DNA of 64,000 bases from an uncultured Acidobacteriota bacterium (GCA_963770895.1 CAVYRF010000001.1:224001-288000), one strand, 5' to 3'. Positions 1-9,484 are shown, counted from the stretch's first letter. Numbers and translations are program-made. Notes: a model not told the origin generated them from the letters alone.

Positions 1-469
1 TCGCCGGAGCGTCGACCACCCCTTCCGGGATGCCGTCGCCGTTGAAGTCGCTGGACACGCGCTTCCACAGCAGCGTGCCCTTGTTGTTATAGGCGGCGAC
101 GCCGCCCGGACTGGCGGGCGAAAAGAAGCCATACGGCACGACGATTTCGGCCACGCCGTCGTTGTTGATGTCGCCGATCGCCACCGTGCCGGCGCATTCA
201 CCCGGCATCGTCACGGGAAACCCGCTGGCGACGCTGCCGTCGTAGTTGACGACGTACAGCTTGCCGGCGGCGGTGCAGAACACCACCGACTTGTGGCCTG
301 GAGTGAGGCTGAGATCGCCGACGGTCGGATGGCCGCCGATCATGTTGCCGCCGCCCGTCAGCGTCACCGGAAAGCCGGGCTTGGCCGGAGGCACGTTCTG
401 GGCGGTGGCAGCGGTGACCGCCAGACCTCCCAGCAGGAAGGCGCTGGCAATCACGGAAATTCTTGTCAT
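1..469 (-). CDS. Secreted FG-GAP/VCBS-repeat protein (5' part; runs off window edge)
   Basis: Manual translation from ATG 469: MTRISVIASAFLLGGLAVTAATAQ (signal peptide) ... AIGDINNDGVAEIVV ... SDFNGDGIPE (FG-GAP Ca-binding DxxxDG motifs). Not in the ORF track because it has no stop in the window. Confidence 0.8.
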   Translation of the reverse strand, partial: MTRISVIASAFLLGGLAVTAATAQNVPPAKPGFPVTLTGGGNMIGGHPTVGDLSLTPGHKSVVFCTAAGKLYVVNYDGSVASGFPVTMPGECAGTVAIGDINNDGVAEIVVPYGFFSPASPGGVAAYNNKGTLLWKRVSSDFNGDGIPEGVVDAPA

Positions 470-709
470 GGCTGGTTCCCAAAAAACAGCAGAGGTTGCC
501 CCTGAGATTGCCGAGTCTAGACCGCCGATACCAGGCTGTCAACGAACGGCGAACGCCGTTTGCACCACGACCACAGGCCGCCCGCCGCAGGTGGCGCCCG
601 CGCCGGCGACCCGCGTCACAGCAGGCTTGTGAGCTGCGTCACACCGCCTGGCGCGCGGGGCAGCTCCGCGACGCCGCGCCGCTGCCGTCGACGCCGCGTG
701 CGATCGCTA

Positions 710-1285
710 TCAGCCTGCGACCTCCACGATTTCCGGCACCAGGCTGCCGCCCTGCGCGGTGACCAACGCCAGCGTCACCGGCAGCCGAAATCGCCGCCGG
801 CCGCAGCTGCCGGGGTTGAGCAGCAGGCACTCCCCATGCCATTCGATCAGCGGCTGGTGGGAGTGCCCAAACACCACCAGCCGCGCCTCGCGCAGCCAGG
901 ACGCCGGGATCTCTTCCCGGATGTGCGTCATGCGGTACGACACGCCATCCGGCCCCGCGGCACCTCGGCTCCTGCCGTTACCAGCGCCTCCGCTCAGGCC
1001 GTCGCCTGCGCTGCTGCTTTCGCTCGCGCCGCGGCCAGAGTCTTTGCTCCCGCCGCCGGCGCCCGCGGCGACCAGGTATCCGGCCAGCACTGCCGGCAGC
1101 GCCGCCAACGCGCCGTGGTCCACGTTGCCGCGCACCGCGTGCACCGGCGCCAGCGCCGCCAGCCCGGTCAGCACCGCGGGGTCGCCGACGTCGCCGGCGT
1201 GCAGCAGCACCTGGCACCCGGCCAGCAGCTCCAGCACCCGCGGGCGCAGCAGACCGTGAGTATCCGCCAGGACGCCGATACGCAT
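710..1285 (-). CDS. Metallophosphoesterase (YfcE/MJ0936 family)
   Basis: DTH, HAGD, VRGNVD, FGHSH and NPGS calcineurin-like motifs; Gly/Ser-rich insertion in the middle. Confidence 0.9.
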   Translation of the reverse strand: MRIGVLADTHGLLRPRVLELLAGCQVLLHAGDVGDPAVLTGLAALAPVHAVRGNVDHGALAALPAVLAGYLVAAGAGGGSKDSGRGASESSSAGDGLSGGAGNGRSRGAAGPDGVSYRMTHIREEIPASWLREARLVVFGHSHQPLIEWHGECLLLNPGSCGRRRFRLPVTLALVTAQGGSLVPEIVEVAG

Positions 1286-1353
1286 GCCGCCACTCTACCC
1301 GGCCGCGGCGCGGCTCCGTAGCCTCGCATGTCTTGGTATGCTAACCTATGCTT

Positions 1354-1462
1354 GGGGAGACAGGGGAGACAGGGGAGACAGGGGAGACAGGGGAGACAGG
1401 GGAGACTGGGGGGACTGGGAGGGCAGAGGGACAGAGGGGATAGGGGAGCAGGGGGAGACAGG
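1354..1462 (+). repeat. 9-bp G-rich tandem repeat (GGGGAGACA x5 + GGGGAGACT, then degenerate)
   Basis: Read directly; perfect units 1354-1398; lies just downstream of a TGnTATGCT extended -10-like motif at ~1334-1342. Confidence 0.9.
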
Positions 1463-1497
1463 TCAAAACATTCAGATCAAGAAGGAGCCGCCGCACC

Positions 1498-2697
1498 ATG
1501 CAAGCCCATTCCGCGACCACCCTTTCGCGCCAAGCTCCGCCGGCCCGGGTGGCCTTGCCCGCTCTGGCCTTGTCGGCTGTGGCCGCGTCCGCTCTTGCCG
1601 GTCGCCTGGCCGCGTCCGCTCGGGCCGCCCGGCTGGGCCTATCCGCTCTACTCGCGGCTGGGATTGCTCTTGGCGGCTTCGGCGTCGCGCCGGCTCGGGC
1701 AGCGGCTCCCAAGGTGCTGTATCCGGAGGCGCGCCTGCGTCATGCGGGGCCATCCGTGGTGGCGATCGACGGCGACACCCTGGTGGTGGCCAGCGCCCGC
1801 AATGCCAGCCCCAACGGCAGCGTAGGGGTCTACGCGCGCGGCCAGGATGGGTGGCAGCAGCAAGCCGTGCTGCGCTCCCATGGGCTGCCGCAGGATGGGG
1901 GATTCGGCACCTCGGTCGCGATTTCGGGCGATACCGTGGTGGTCGGGGCGCCGCCGTACTCCGTCTACGTGTTCGTGCGGCGGCCCGCCGGCTGGCTCGT
2001 GGAGGAGCAGGTCCCCGCTCCCCAAAGCGAAGCCTCGCCGGACTTCGGCACCAGCGTCGCGGTGTCGGGCAACCGTCTGCTGGTCGGCGGACCCACCCTG
2101 GCGTTCTCGCAGAACGTCGGCGGCACGGCCTTCGCCTACCAGCGTGTCGGCGGTGCCTGGCGCTTCGACGGCACGTTTTTCGATGCGGCGGATGACAGCT
2201 ACGGTTTTCGCGTCGGTCTGGCCGGCGACCTGGCCGTCATCGGCACCACCTTGGGCGACACCCTCGATGTTTTCCTGCGCCAGCCGCAGGGTTGGACACG
2301 GCAGCAGGCTGTGCCGGTCGGCGCCAACAACGCCAGCTATTTTTCACTGTCCGGCGATACCGTGGCGGCGGGTGGCCACGTCGAACCTCTCCAGATCTGG
2401 CAGCTGAGCGACGGCGCCTGGACCCAGCAGGCGGCCCTCCCCATTGCATCCACCGTGCTGTCGCTGGACGGCGACCAGCTTGCCGCAGCCCTCCCCGACG
2501 GCGGCGGTGTGCAGATCTACCGGCGCCAGGGGCGCGCCGGTGCCTGGCTCTTCGTCACCACCCTGGAGGAGCCGCGCGCCGACCCGGTGTCAGGCTTCGG
2601 CAACTCCGTCGCGCTCAGCGCCGGCATCGCCGCCGTCTCCTCGAACAATCCGGTCTGGATCTTCGCCCCCTCGTCTTCACCGACGCGGGGCAACTGA
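1498..2697 (+). CDS. FG-GAP repeat (integrin-like beta-propeller) secreted protein
   Basis: Repeated FGTSVAISGDTVVVGAP / FGTSVAVSGNRLLVGGP / FGNSVALS; N-terminal signal-like region (true start may be further downstream). Confidence 0.8.
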   Translation: MQAHSATTLSRQAPPARVALPALALSAVAASALAGRLAASARAARLGLSALLAAGIALGGFGVAPARAAAPKVLYPEARLRHAGPSVVAIDGDTLVVASARNASPNGSVGVYARGQDGWQQQAVLRSHGLPQDGGFGTSVAISGDTVVVGAPPYSVYVFVRRPAGWLVEEQVPAPQSEASPDFGTSVAVSGNRLLVGGPTLAFSQNVGGTAFAYQRVGGAWRFDGTFFDAADDSYGFRVGLAGDLAVIGTTLGDTLDVFLRQPQGWTRQQAVPVGANNASYFSLSGDTVAAGGHVEPLQIWQLSDGAWTQQAALPIASTVLSLDGDQLAAALPDGGGVQIYRRQGRAGAWLFVTTLEEPRADPVSGFGNSVALSAGIAAVSSNNPVWIFAPSSSPTRGN

Positions 2698-2879
2698 AAA
2701 ACCCGCCTGGGGACTTCCGGCTGCGCCACCGGCCGGGCCGCTGAGGCCGCGCCGCGCTTGCGTGATCGGTGGGCACCAGCCGGCGACCTGGAAACGCCTG
2801 CAGGTAGCCAGCGCCTCACCAGATGGACAGCCGCGCCCGCTCCGCGGGCTGCTCACGGGCCAGGCGGCGTGCGGCGCCG

Positions 2880-4787
2880 TTAAACGGCAGCCATCGTCTT
2901 TTCGGCCTCGAGCGTGTCCGGGTCGCCTTCGGCATCTTCGCCTTCCTCGAGAGCCGTACCGGTATATGCCTGCTTGCCGGTCGCCTTCTCGATCAGCTCC
3001 AGAAGGCGCTTCTGCCGGTCGTCCATGAACCCTTCAAATGCATCGGCCCGCAGCAGGACGGGATCGATGAGATGAGATTCCAGGAAGGCGTCAATCCGCC
3101 GGCCTTCGATCGGTGGCGTCCTGTCGGTTCCCCGCTCCAGCTTTGCCAGGTACTCCGACGGTGCGGTACCGCCGATGATTCTGTTGGTGCGGTAGGAGAG
3201 AGGTGTCTTGTTGATGATGGAGTCGAAGACCCTGGGTCTGTAGCCGTGGCCCTTGCACCAGGCTTGCGGAAAGATGTGGTGAATGTCGACGTTCTCGCCG
3301 AAGAAGACCGTATGGTCGAAGTTCTGACCCGACCGAAAGTCCTGCGCGCCCTCCTTCATCAGCAGGGCGTTGATGCCCTTGTAGGCGGCGGAAATGCGCA
3401 TGCGCATGCTCTTCAGGCGGTCGGCGCGGAAGAGCGTCTCGCTCACGGTCGAGGGTTCGGGGCCATCCTTCAGCCAGGCGGGCACCTCCATAAAGTCCCG
3501 CGCGATGCGGGTTTCGACCGCGGAACCGTACAGCTCGCCAAACACGCCGTTCCAGTACCAGCGGACCAGCTTGGCGCGGATTCCCTCATGTTCCCAGGAC
3601 TCGCCGATTTCCGCGAGAATTGCCGCGAGCGGCACGACCTGTGATTGATAGGGCAGATCAAATGTGCGATAGATGTGCAGCGTGTGGAGGAATTTGGCCG
3701 CCTGGATAAAGCCGTGCTCAACCTGCATTTCATACTGCTTGTAAGCCGATAGCGGGAGGTTCAGCAGTGCCTGCCGGTTGCAGGTGACCGCGGGCAGCTC
3801 CTTGGCCGGCCTGCCGGCCTGGGCCGCGATAAGGCGCCCATCGCGGGTATGAAACAGGGAAAGGGCCTGTAGGAAGTCGGTGTTGGAGACGTCGCCGATG
3901 ATGCCGCTGGCGGTGGCGGCGGGCCGCAGCGCATCGGCGAGGCGCTGATGCCGGCCCTTGGTGCCATCGTCGCCATACCAGTCCTTGCGCAGCTCGTGTC
4001 CCGATGCGGCGTACATCGCAGTGACCAGCTCGAAGGCGTCGAGCGGTTTACCGCCGGTGTTGACCTTCTCGAAGACGACGCACACAGCCTCTTTCGAGGT
4101 CTCGCGATCGAGGGTGATCACCGGTACGCGATAGCGCTTGAAATTCTCCAAGACCTGCCTTTTGAAGGTCCGGAACTCCTCGCGGACGCTCGCCTGCCGC
4201 TCGCCTGGCCAGTGGTGGTCGAAGCCGTCCTGCCACCCATCCCAATCAAGGACCTGGGTCAGGGGGTACATGAGGGCGGCATATTCCCGATCCGGCGACG
4301 ACAGGTCCAGCACCGTTGCGCGCCCGAAATCAGCGCGCATCACTCGATCCTCCGGCACGCCGACAATGGCCTCCTCGCGCTCCACCGCGGGGTCGAGTGC
4401 CTTGCGGATGTCGATGTAGAACCAGCGTTTGACGCGCTTGTTCTTGGGTGTGACCGTTTCCACGACCTGGCCTCTGAGAATGACCTGATAAAGGGAGGTC
4501 ATGCGCTGCTGGCCGTCCAGCAGCAGCGATTGAGGTGTGGTCAGTCTGGCCGCCGCCGGTGCGCCCTCGACAGGCCGGGGCTTGAAATCGACCGGTCCAC
4601 CGGTGCTGAGCGACATGAGCGCCCCGACTGGGAACGCACGTGAAATCGAGGCGATGAGACTCTTGATCCGCTCCTCGTCCCAGACCCAGCTGCGCTGAAA
4701 ATCGGGCAGCTGAAGAAGGCCGCGGTGACAGTTCTCGAGCAGCTCGGGCAGGTCGAAGGGATTGGTCTGAAAAGTGGAGCCGGCCAT
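2880..4787 (-). CDS. GmrSD-family (DUF262 + DUF1524-like) modification-dependent restriction endonuclease
   Basis: LPDFQRSWVW, LLDGQQRMTSL, FEKVNTGG (DUF262); DIHHIFP...N (HNH-like C-terminus); AGGAG RBS before ATG 4787. Confidence 0.85.
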   Translation of the reverse strand: MAGSTFQTNPFDLPELLENCHRGLLQLPDFQRSWVWDEERIKSLIASISRAFPVGALMSLSTGGPVDFKPRPVEGAPAAARLTTPQSLLLDGQQRMTSLYQVILRGQVVETVTPKNKRVKRWFYIDIRKALDPAVEREEAIVGVPEDRVMRADFGRATVLDLSSPDREYAALMYPLTQVLDWDGWQDGFDHHWPGERQASVREEFRTFKRQVLENFKRYRVPVITLDRETSKEAVCVVFEKVNTGGKPLDAFELVTAMYAASGHELRKDWYGDDGTKGRHQRLADALRPAATASGIIGDVSNTDFLQALSLFHTRDGRLIAAQAGRPAKELPAVTCNRQALLNLPLSAYKQYEMQVEHGFIQAAKFLHTLHIYRTFDLPYQSQVVPLAAILAEIGESWEHEGIRAKLVRWYWNGVFGELYGSAVETRIARDFMEVPAWLKDGPEPSTVSETLFRADRLKSMRMRISAAYKGINALLMKEGAQDFRSGQNFDHTVFFGENVDIHHIFPQAWCKGHGYRPRVFDSIINKTPLSYRTNRIIGGTAPSEYLAKLERGTDRTPPIEGRRIDAFLESHLIDPVLLRADAFEGFMDDRQKRLLELIEKATGKQAYTGTALEEGEDAEGDPDTLEAEKTMAAV

Positions 4788-5074
4788 CCGTCTTTCTCCT
4801 CGGTCACGGCCCGCGGCGCTCGCGAGCCATCGCACAGACGTTCGGCTGGAAGATCGGCACGCAAGGATCGCTGCGATACCGGAAACTCCAGCGACGTGGC
4901 ATCAAGGGGGGCGCCGCAAGAGGCGCTCCGGCCCACCGCAGCGGCAGGCAATTGTCACACTGCTAGATTCCGTATCGTAGCATCTCAGGTGACGCTAGCC
5001 GGCCATGCAGGCCGCCAGGTTGCGGACTTCTGGAGTACGGCGGACACGGTGTTGCAGGAAAGAGGAGTCATTCC

Positions 5075-5392
5075 ATGACCACGTTGAGAGTGGGTATCGC
5101 CAGCTATGACGAGATGAAAGCGCGGACCATGGCCGTGGCACAGGGCGAGCGGCGGGTCGCGCCGAACGAGCCGAAGGTCTGGTTCACCTCGACGGAATCT
5201 TTCGCCAAGGTCCTGTCGGCCGGCAATCGCGAGCTGCTGCGCGTGATTGCGGACAAGGCACCGGGTTCGCTCGACGAGCTGGCGCGGCTCACCTTCCGCT
5301 TACCCGCAAGCGAAGAGTCAGTTGAATCGCGACCCCGCGGAAGCGAGGCGGCGTGCGCCGATCGTTGCTGCACGGCACCGTGCCTGGCGTGA
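5075..5392 (+). pseudogene. Truncated HVO_A0114-like HTH regulator/antitoxin
   Basis: Family-like N-terminus (GIASYDEMKARTMA, VWFTSTESFAKVLS, PGSLDELARLT) breaks off at ~5293, where the recognition helix should follow, and continues as unrelated sequence. Confidence 0.65.
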
Positions 5393-5440
5393 CACCCGCC
5401 GCCGTCATCGCCGCCAGGATTGATCCGGAGCAAGAGCAGA

Positions 5441-5838
5441 TCAGGTGTTGCGAGCCCATGTTTTCCGCGCCGCCAGGGCCGCGTCACGATAGGCTGCGTG
5501 CAAGGGTTCCAAGGTTGCTCGCGCTGCCTTTGCGATGCTTGGCGGGGCCTTCTCCGGGTTGCCCGATGCAAAGGGCGGCTGCGGGTCGTACTCCAGCGCC
5601 AGCTCGACGAGCTGGGCATTGTCGTCCCCAAACAGGTGCGCGGCGACGCGAAGGCCAAAATCGATTCCGGCCGAAATGCCGGCAGCGGTGATGCGGTTGC
5701 GGTCCTGCACGACGCGATCGGCGACGACCTCCGCTCCGAGGAGCGGCAGGATGTCTCGCACGGCCCAGTGCGACGTCGCTTTGTAACCGCGAAGAAGGCC
5801 GGCCGCACCCAGGATCAAGGATCCCGAGCACACGCTCT
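5441..5838 (-). pseudogene. DJ-1/PfpI (isonitrile hydratase-like) C-terminal fragment
   Basis: SVCSGSLILGAAGLLRGYKATSHW, AGISAGID, LEYDPQPPF; N-terminal ~100 aa absent. Confidence 0.75.
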
Positions 5839-5914
5839 TTCCACACCGCGTTTGCTGGCCGGTTTCCGTCTTGATCTGTAGGTCGATCGATTGGAATCTG
5901 AGGCGCTCCAGTGC

Positions 5915-6499
5915 TCAGGTCGGGTGGATCCGGCGCAGCTCGATGCGGCCCCCATGCCTCAGGAACGGGCAGCTCCTGGCGATGTCCAATGCCTCCTGGT
6001 CGCTCGCCGCGGCGATGACGAAGAAGCCGTCAGGCGCATCCTGCAAAGCCGTCGGGGACATCCCAGCGACTTGGGTTGGCGTAAGGACCCAGCCGCTCAT
6101 GTTGAGCTTCTCGCCGATGTCGAAGTGCCGGGCGCCGAGCCGGCGCCGAGCCCACTCGACGGTCTCGGCGGTCAAGCGGGCGTCCGACCATCGCTCCCGG
6201 TTGAAATCGGCGCCTTCGCGCAGCATCAGCAGGTAGCTGGGCACGGCCAGCGCATGGCCACGGTGGTCCCCCTGCCGGCCCAGCCAGAAACCGGTGAGAA
6301 GCAGCGCCAGGCCGGCCGCGACGGCGCCGCCGAGCCGCCAGGGGTTGGGCCGCGGGCGCGCCTCCGCCAGCCAGCCTCTGTCGCGGAGCGCGGCGACTAC
6401 GCGAACTTCGAGACCCTTGGGAGGGACCAGCTCCCGGGGCAGGCGTGCCAGCTTCTGTCGCAGCCGCTCATCGAGATCGTTGTCGTCTTCAGTGCTCAT
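5915..6499 (-). CDS. Putative anti-sigma factor: TM helix + C-terminal YciI/YCII-like domain
   Basis: Directly downstream of the ECF sigma; TM WRLGGAVAAGLALLLTGFWLG; GFFVIAAASDQEALDIARSCP...IELRRI YCII-like motif. Confidence 0.65.
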   Translation of the reverse strand: MSTEDDNDLDERLRQKLARLPRELVPPKGLEVRVVAALRDRGWLAEARPRPNPWRLGGAVAAGLALLLTGFWLGRQGDHRGHALAVPSYLLMLREGADFNRERWSDARLTAETVEWARRRLGARHFDIGEKLNMSGWVLTPTQVAGMSPTALQDAPDGFFVIAAASDQEALDIARSCPFLRHGGRIELRRIHPT

Positions 6500-6521
6500 G
6501 TGAGGACTCCCACGCGGGTGT

Positions 6522-7055
6522 TCATGGCTTGCCGTCGGCCCAGTAGGCGCGCAGGGCGCGGCGCGCGCGCGACAGCTGACTCTTCGACGTGCCAGCGTCG
6601 ATGCCCAGCAGGCTGCCGATCTCTTCGTGGGTCAGACCCTCCACGTCGTGGAGGACGAAGACTTCACGATAGCCGTCGGGCAGCTCCCGGATGGCGCGCT
6701 CGAGATCGATCCTCTCCGGACCTTGGCTCGGAGGGATCCCCGGATCGACCGCCGGAGTCCCGGCGTTTGCCGCATCCCGGCTGGCCGAGCGGAAAACCTC
6801 GCGACAGCAGTTGACGGCGATGCCGAGAAGCCAGGTGCGCAGGCTCGATCGCCACGAGAAGCTGCCGAGCGCGCTTGCGGCGCGTACCCAGGTCTCCTGC
6901 ACCACGTCTTCGGCGTGGCGCCCGGAGCGCCCAAGGAAGCGCAGCACGAGAAGGTACACGGCCGGCGTATGGCGCTGGAAGAGCGCGCTGAATGCCGCCT
7001 GATCGCGATCGGCCAGGAAGGCCTCTACGAGCGATCTGTCATCTCGGGTCGTCAG
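6522..7055 (-). CDS. ECF RNA polymerase sigma factor (probable CTG start)
   Basis: AEDVVQETW, TWLLGIAVN, LPDGYREVFVLHDVEGLTHEEI, GTSKSQLSRAR. Frame continues upstream of GTG 6959 (DDRSLVEAFLADRDQAAFSALFQRH) to CTG 7055, with GGAG 5 nt upstream. Confidence 0.85.
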   Translation of the reverse strand: MTTRDDRSLVEAFLADRDQAAFSALFQRHTPAVYLLVLRFLGRSGRHAEDVVQETWVRAASALGSFSWRSSLRTWLLGIAVNCCREVFRSASRDAANAGTPAVDPGIPPSQGPERIDLERAIRELPDGYREVFVLHDVEGLTHEEIGSLLGIDAGTSKSQLSRARRALRAYWADGKP

Positions 7056-7071
7056 ATGAGCTCCAGCCGAT

Positions 7072-7101
7072 GATGAGTGGCGTGCAAGCGGTCGAGGGTT
7101 G
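7072..7101 (-). promoter_or_regulatory. Putative ECF promoter of the sigma gene (CAACCCT-N15-CACTCATC)
   Basis: Same bipartite motif and spacing as 7193-7222 on the opposite strand; AAC-type -35 is typical of ECF promoters. Confidence 0.7.
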
Positions 7102-7192
7102 TATGCACCGCCTCACATCGGCAGCAATCCGCCGGTGGCGGTCCGCCACCGGGAGGCGATTCGCCAAGGCTCCGCCGCTGCCGGCCGCCGTG

Positions 7193-7222
7193 CAACCCTT
7201 CGCCGGTTCCCGGTCACTCATC
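7193..7222 (+). promoter_or_regulatory. Putative ECF promoter of the divergent target gene (CAACCCT-N15-CACTCATC)
   Basis: Twin of the 7072-7101 motif; 38 nt upstream of ATG 7261. Confidence 0.7.
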
Positions 7223-7260
7223 CGACGATGACGCACCAACCATGACCTCGGAGGTGACCG

Positions 7261-7905
7261 ATGCGCCCAGTTCGAGCCGCTTCACTTGTGATCGCCTTAT
7301 CCTGCCTTTCGCCGGCGGGCCAGCTCCTTGCCGGCAGCACCGTGGATCTCTCCGCGGTACGCCGCATCGACAGCGCGACGCCGCGGGATGTCCAGGTAGC
7401 GCTGGCGCTCGCCGCGGGTCCTCCCGTCAGCCAGGGAGCCGCCGTGTACATCCTGGGCGCCACAGGTTATGTCAAGGCTCGCGAAGGCACGAACGGATTT
7501 ACCTGCCTGGTCGATCGGCTGCGAGCGGATTCGATAGCGCCGACATGCTTCGACGCCGAGGGTAGCGCCACGACGGTGAAGGCGCTCCTTTTCAGGGAAG
7601 AGCAGCGAGCGCTGGGGAAAGACGATGAGCGCATCGCGTCGGAGATCGACGAAGGTTACAAAACGGGCCGGTTCCTGGCGCCGCGAAAGGCGGGAATCGC
7701 CTACATGCTGTCGGACTATAACTACCTCTTCGATCCCGAGTCAAAGAGTATCTTCCATTTCCCGGCTCACGTGATGTTCTACGGTCCGTACCTGACCGCC
7801 AAGGACGTTGGCACCGGTCCAGGCGCGCCGGATCTCACACGCCCCGGTCTGCCCGACAACATGATGGTGGTGATCCCCGCCGGGTCGCACGAGCATAAGT
7901 CCTGA
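7261..7905 (+). CDS. Secreted protein of unknown function
   Basis: GGAGGT RBS; signal peptide; GTNGFTCLV, PTCFD, GIAYMLS, HFPAHVMFY motifs; good codon usage. Confidence 0.8.
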   Translation: MRPVRAASLVIALSCLSPAGQLLAGSTVDLSAVRRIDSATPRDVQVALALAAGPPVSQGAAVYILGATGYVKAREGTNGFTCLVDRLRADSIAPTCFDAEGSATTVKALLFREEQRALGKDDERIASEIDEGYKTGRFLAPRKAGIAYMLSDYNYLFDPESKSIFHFPAHVMFYGPYLTAKDVGTGPGAPDLTRPGLPDNMMVVIPAGSHEHKS

Positions 7906-8203
7906 TCAGCGCACCGCCGGCGGCGGCCAGCTCTCGCCGCCGCGGGTCGTGCCCGTCTCAGCAGGCGATGCGCTCGCACTTCGCGTGACGGTAAGCGGTG
8001 CCATCGTGCCCTCGCAGCGCACCAGGCAATGCGGCAGGTCCTCGCGTCAACCTCGAGTTCCCTAAGCCTGTGAAGGTCTTGCCGCGGCGAGGGATGCGGC
8101 GGCTGCAGCGCAAGCCTGCACTGCACTTTGCTGATGGAATTGCGGCCGGGTCTGCCGGCGGATAGGATGTTGGCATCACTTCGAAAGCTGGGAGGGAGGC
8201 GCG

Positions 8204-9433
8204 GTGATCTGTCCCAAGTGCGGCTTCGAGCAGCCTGACGGCGGTCTGGATTGCGTGCGCTGCGGCGTCGTGTTCAGCCGCTATCACGGCCCGCAGGCTC
8301 CGGCGGCCGGTGCCGGCGCGGCGCCGGGTGGCACCGCCAGGGGCCGGTTGTATGACGGCCCTGGGCGTTCGGATGCCGCGGCGACGGCGACGGCGCGGGG
8401 TGCGACGCCGGCGCGCGAGCAGCTGTATGAGGGGCCGGTGCCAGCTCACGCTGCCGATGCGCCTCCAGGGCTGGCGATGCGGCCGGTGCCGGGCAGGGTG
8501 GCGCCGGGCAGGGTCGCGCCGGCGTCCCCGGCGCGGGAGCAGGTGTATGGCGGGCAGGCGCCGGCGGGGCAACAGGCCCCCGGCCAGGAGAGGCTGTATG
8601 GGGAGCCGCTGCCGGATGGGGATGCGGCGGCGCCGGCGGGGCTGGCGATGCGGCCGGCGCCGGTGAGCTTCAGCATGGCGCCGGCGTTCGACTGGAGCGA
8701 GGTGATGAAGGACACGTTCCGCATTCTGGGGTCCAACCTGTTTGCGTTCGTGCTCATCGCCGGGATCGCGCTGGTGCCGGTGGCCGTGTTCGCCCTGGTG
8801 ATCTCGGCGAGCGTCAACCGGCCGCTCATGCAGGTGGCGCCGGCGCTGTTTGCGCTCGGCAGCAACCTGATCGCGACGCCGCTGGCGACGGGTGCCGTGA
8901 CCTATGGCGTGGCGCAGGAGATGCGGCGGCGCGATACCACGGTGATCGACTGCCTGCGCGTCGGCTTGTCGCGCATGGTGCCGGTGATGGGGGTTGCGCT
9001 GCTGCAGGCCATCCTGATCGGCGTGGGACTGCTGCTGTGCATCATCCCCGGAGTGATCGCGGCGGTGGCGCTTGCCGTCTCGGTACCGGCGTCGGTCGAG
9101 GAGCGGCCCGGCGTGGTGGCCTCGCTGCGGCGCAGCGCCGAGCTGACGGATGGGCGCCGGTTCACGGTGTTCACGATCCTGTTCACGCTGGGCACCATCG
9201 GCCTGGTGCTGTCGGCCATCGGGGCGGTGGCGAACGGTGCGTCGGCGGAAGCCATCATGGCGGGGCGGAGCGGCGGCGTGGGGCTGGTGTCGACCCTGAT
9301 CAGCCTGGCGACGACCGCGCTCCAGGCGACGGCGGCGGCGGTGATGTACTACCGCCTGCGCGGACTCCAGGAAGGGGTAGGGCTGGCCTCGATGAGGTCA
9401 GTGTTCGACGTGCCGGCGGGGGCGGCGCGGTAA
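8204..9433 (+). CDS. Zinc-ribbon + Pro/Ala-rich linker + multi-TM membrane domain protein
   Basis: CPKC...CVRC N-terminus; GGGAGG RBS; 5-6 hydrophobic helices in the C-terminal half. Confidence 0.75.
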   Translation: MICPKCGFEQPDGGLDCVRCGVVFSRYHGPQAPAAGAGAAPGGTARGRLYDGPGRSDAAATATARGATPAREQLYEGPVPAHAADAPPGLAMRPVPGRVAPGRVAPASPAREQVYGGQAPAGQQAPGQERLYGEPLPDGDAAAPAGLAMRPAPVSFSMAPAFDWSEVMKDTFRILGSNLFAFVLIAGIALVPVAVFALVISASVNRPLMQVAPALFALGSNLIATPLATGAVTYGVAQEMRRRDTTVIDCLRVGLSRMVPVMGVALLQAILIGVGLLLCIIPGVIAAVALAVSVPASVEERPGVVASLRRSAELTDGRRFTVFTILFTLGTIGLVLSAIGAVANGASAEAIMAGRSGGVGLVSTLISLATTALQATAAAVMYYRLRGLQEGVGLASMRSVFDVPAGAAR

Positions 9434-9484
9434 AACCAGCGTGGGACCAGCGGCAGCGGCCTGCCGCCGGCGACGGCGATGGGA

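Noticed and set aside
2697-8200. Integron cassette array or prophage
   Set aside because: Mixed gene orientations, no attC-like repeats, no integrase or phage genes recognised
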